DNA from: an uncultured virus (IMG/VR IMGVR_UViG_3300027374_000252) | Taxonomy: Duplodnaviria > Heunggongvirae > Uroviricota > Caudoviricetes | DNA: 64,000 bases | Virus record (IMG/VR): IMGVR_UViG_3300027374_000252 | Direction: 5' to 3' (one strand) | Part shown: piece by piece, positions 61,932 to 64,000 of the stretch | How the letters are laid out: the number at the start of each line of letters is the position of its first letter | Numbering within the stretch: position 1 is the stretch's first letter | Translations under genes and position numbers: made by a program | Notes under the pieces: model-generated | Databases searched by the model: none | The model's input: only the letters and a program-made list of their open reading frames with translations | Told to the model about the DNA's origin: nothing

Positions 61932-64000
61932 TCAGTCGTGGACAGGACGCACGGTAAGGCCGTAGCTGTTGTTTGAAGTGGTGCATGCGGTAGCCGGAAC
62001 CAGCGTGTTCCTGTTGATGTCTTCTGCCTTGTAATGACTTTGACAAGTGGTCTGTAACGCGCCGTTGTAGTAGTATTCAAATCGGTTGTCAATAAGATAT
62101 ACCATAGTCTGTTCGCCCTTTAATGAGGATGTACTCACATACGTAATCATACGAAATGCAGGATATGTCTGATCTTTCAGAGAATACTTGTCGGTGAAAT
62201 CATCGGCTCGTGAGGCTGTGTATTTGGTCATTGTGCCGAATACTGTATACCGCAGGCTCATGTTGCGCATGCCGGTGGCCGGGAAGCGGATTGACCCTCC
62301 CGGATATGTTACCGTCCAGGCATGGTCGCTGAATTTTGCCGAGGTCTTGTAGTCAGCCAGTTGATATGCTTTATTTTCTGAGGCTTTGTCGGCCGACGCT
62401 GCAAGAGCCGAGAACACATAGGCCTGAGGCACATGGTAGCCCGCAGGACAGGGGTCGTAGATTGATTTGGTAACAGTCTGTTCGTTTGCTTTTTTATCTG
62501 TTGCAGCCGGATTCCACATCTGGAACATGTCACCATTATTGCCTGATATATACGAGGGTATGTTGACATCCTTATCCACTTTGTATAAGGTGTGCCAATG
62601 GTTTCTGTATTTGCTGAAAATTTTTCCGTTGCTGTCTTTGATTTTGTCATCATATTTGCTCATCACGAAGCGGTAGGGATACTTTATTGTATAGTCGATG
62701 GTGACGCCTCTTTCTTCTCCAAGGTCCGATATGCTTGTGCCGGGTTTGTTGCGAGAGAAGTCGTACGACACCCCATCCTTGTTGTAGGCGTTGAATGTCG
62801 GCTTGTTCTCCATGCTCATCTCTGTGTAGTTCGGGCTACTGGTATCGATATTGTATATGTCGGTCTTGTCGTTGTATATGCCGCCGAGCATCGGGTCTTT
62901 GCGGCCCCATTGGTAGTAGGTGTTGTCGCCGCCGAGCGATCCTTTGAACTCGGCTTGTGTGAATGGCGTTGTGGTGCAGTCGATTTTCTTGTCAGAGGCT
63001 TTGCCATCCTTGTAGATATAAAACGAGTTGCATGCCACGGGCGCGCTGCTACCTGTGATTTTGCTACAGTCGAGCCTGAAGCGTATCCTTATCTTGCGAG
63101 AGTCGTTGCCGTTGTGTGGGTCGCAGTATCCGAGATTGCAGGCGGTCAGATAATATGTATTGCCGGTTGGGGTAGAGGATGTGCCGCTTCCGGTTCGCGA
63201 TTCCAGTTTGTGGCACGCCGCTTTGCCCTGTACCATCCATTCGTCGCGGTGCTGTGTGACCCATATGTGCCAGCTCCACACTATCTCGCCTGCAGGATCG
63301 CGTGCCACGAGCAGCGCGTTGCCCTGGGTGATTGAGTGTTTGCGCACGCGGAATCGTATCCATTTCAGTCCGGCTATTGGTTGATTTTTGTCGAGTATCT
63401 CTACTTCGTCGATGAGGTCGGGCGCGTCCTGCCAGGCGAGCACGGCATCATTTATGTCGGACGCTGCAGGTGCCGGCGATGATATCTGCCGGCATTTGTA
63501 GTCGACAAAATAGGTCATACCCGGGGATGTGGTGTTTTGGTTGACGGTGTAGGCCGCGGGGTTGTTGTAGGCGTTGCCGTAGACTATCGGGAAGCAGTAG
63601 TAGCCGGGTTGGTCCACGAGGTAGCAGTTGGCGGTCTCCCCCTTGGTATCGTCGAGCAGATTGTGGGGATTCTCGCGGGTGCCCTTGCATGTGGCTCTCT
63701 TGGTCAGTGTGCCGCTCAGGGTGGTGAAGTCGGACTGCGGGGCCAGGGCGAATGTGCCCTTGTAGAGGGTAAATCCGTCGGGCGATTCGTGCCATTCCAC
63801 CATGCGCTGTGCGGTTCCCGAGGCCGAAGCTGTGGCGTCGGATGCGGGGTCGGGGTCGTAGACTGCCGGGGTTGATTCCCACGATGTGCCTCCGTCGAGA
63901 GAGTATTCGATGTCGGGACGCGGCAGCTCGATATACTGGATGCCATTGACTCCGTTCTGTGTCACAGCCACATATGCCTTGATTTCAGAGTCGTGCCATG
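61932..64000 (-). CDS. Host fimbrillin/Mfa-like surface protein, C-terminal part (5' end outside window)
   Basis: ETANCYLV, IVWSWHIWVT, YYQWGRKDP, DPCPAGYHVP, FPATG, GLTVRPV. Confidence 0.8.
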   Translation of the reverse strand, partial: WHDSEIKAYVAVTQNGVNGIQYIELPRPDIEYSLDGGTSWESTPAVYDPDPASDATASASGTAQRMVEWHESPDGFTLYKGTFALAPQSDFTTLSGTLTKRATCKGTRENPHNLLDDTKGETANCYLVDQPGYYCFPIVYGNAYNNPAAYTVNQNTTSPGMTYFVDYKCRQISSPAPAASDINDAVLAWQDAPDLIDEVEILDKNQPIAGLKWIRFRVRKHSITQGNALLVARDPAGEIVWSWHIWVTQHRDEWMVQGKAACHKLESRTGSGTSSTPTGNTYYLTACNLGYCDPHNGNDSRKIRIRFRLDCSKITGSSAPVACNSFYIYKDGKASDKKIDCTTTPFTQAEFKGSLGGDNTYYQWGRKDPMLGGIYNDKTDIYNIDTSSPNYTEMSMENKPTFNAYNKDGVSYDFSRNKPGTSISDLGEERGVTIDYTIKYPYRFVMSKYDDKIKDSNGKIFSKYRNHWHTLYKVDKDVNIPSYISGNNGDMFQMWNPAATDKKANEQTVTKSIYDPCPAGYHVPQAYVFSALAASADKASENKAYQLADYKTSAKFSDHAWTVTYPGGSIRFPATGMRNMSLRYTVFGTMTKYTASRADDFTDKYSLKDQTYPAFRMITYVSTSSLKGEQTMVYLIDNRFEYYYNGALQTTCQSHYKAEDINRNTLVPATACTTSNNSYGLTVRPVHD

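Overview
Positions ~128-61008 are an apparently complete ~60.9 kb temperate phage of a Bacteroidales host (Bacteroidetes TAnnTTTG promoters, AT-rich translation starts). It looks podovirus-like: integrase, TerS, three ejection-type proteins including a 5914-aa polyvalent protein, portal, TerL, scaffold, major capsid, a modular tail-fibre cluster, holin/amidase/spanin, a long leftward early operon and a CI/Cro switch. Host DNA follows from ~61009: an M48 peptidase whose start codon lies in the attachment site, and a fimbrillin-like gene. The first 127 bp of the window exactly repeat 60882-61008, so the left end reads like an attP (circle) junction. The most notable signal is inside the giant gene. 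At least four small protein-like ORFs are overprinted in its +1 frame, in linkers between or just after enzymatic domains. Two of them are paralogues whose differences are partly synonymous in the nested frame, suggesting a polyvalent effector with built-in cognate inhibitors. Other items include a repeated late-promoter motif (AGATA-N25-TAnnTT(T/A)GC), an early protein with an RpoB-like segment, two tRNA-like elements with expanded anticodon arms, chained tail-fibre docking motifs bracketed by REP-like repeats, and TAA-flanked MITEs whose ends precede start codons. All family assignments come from motif recognition by eye; no searches were run.
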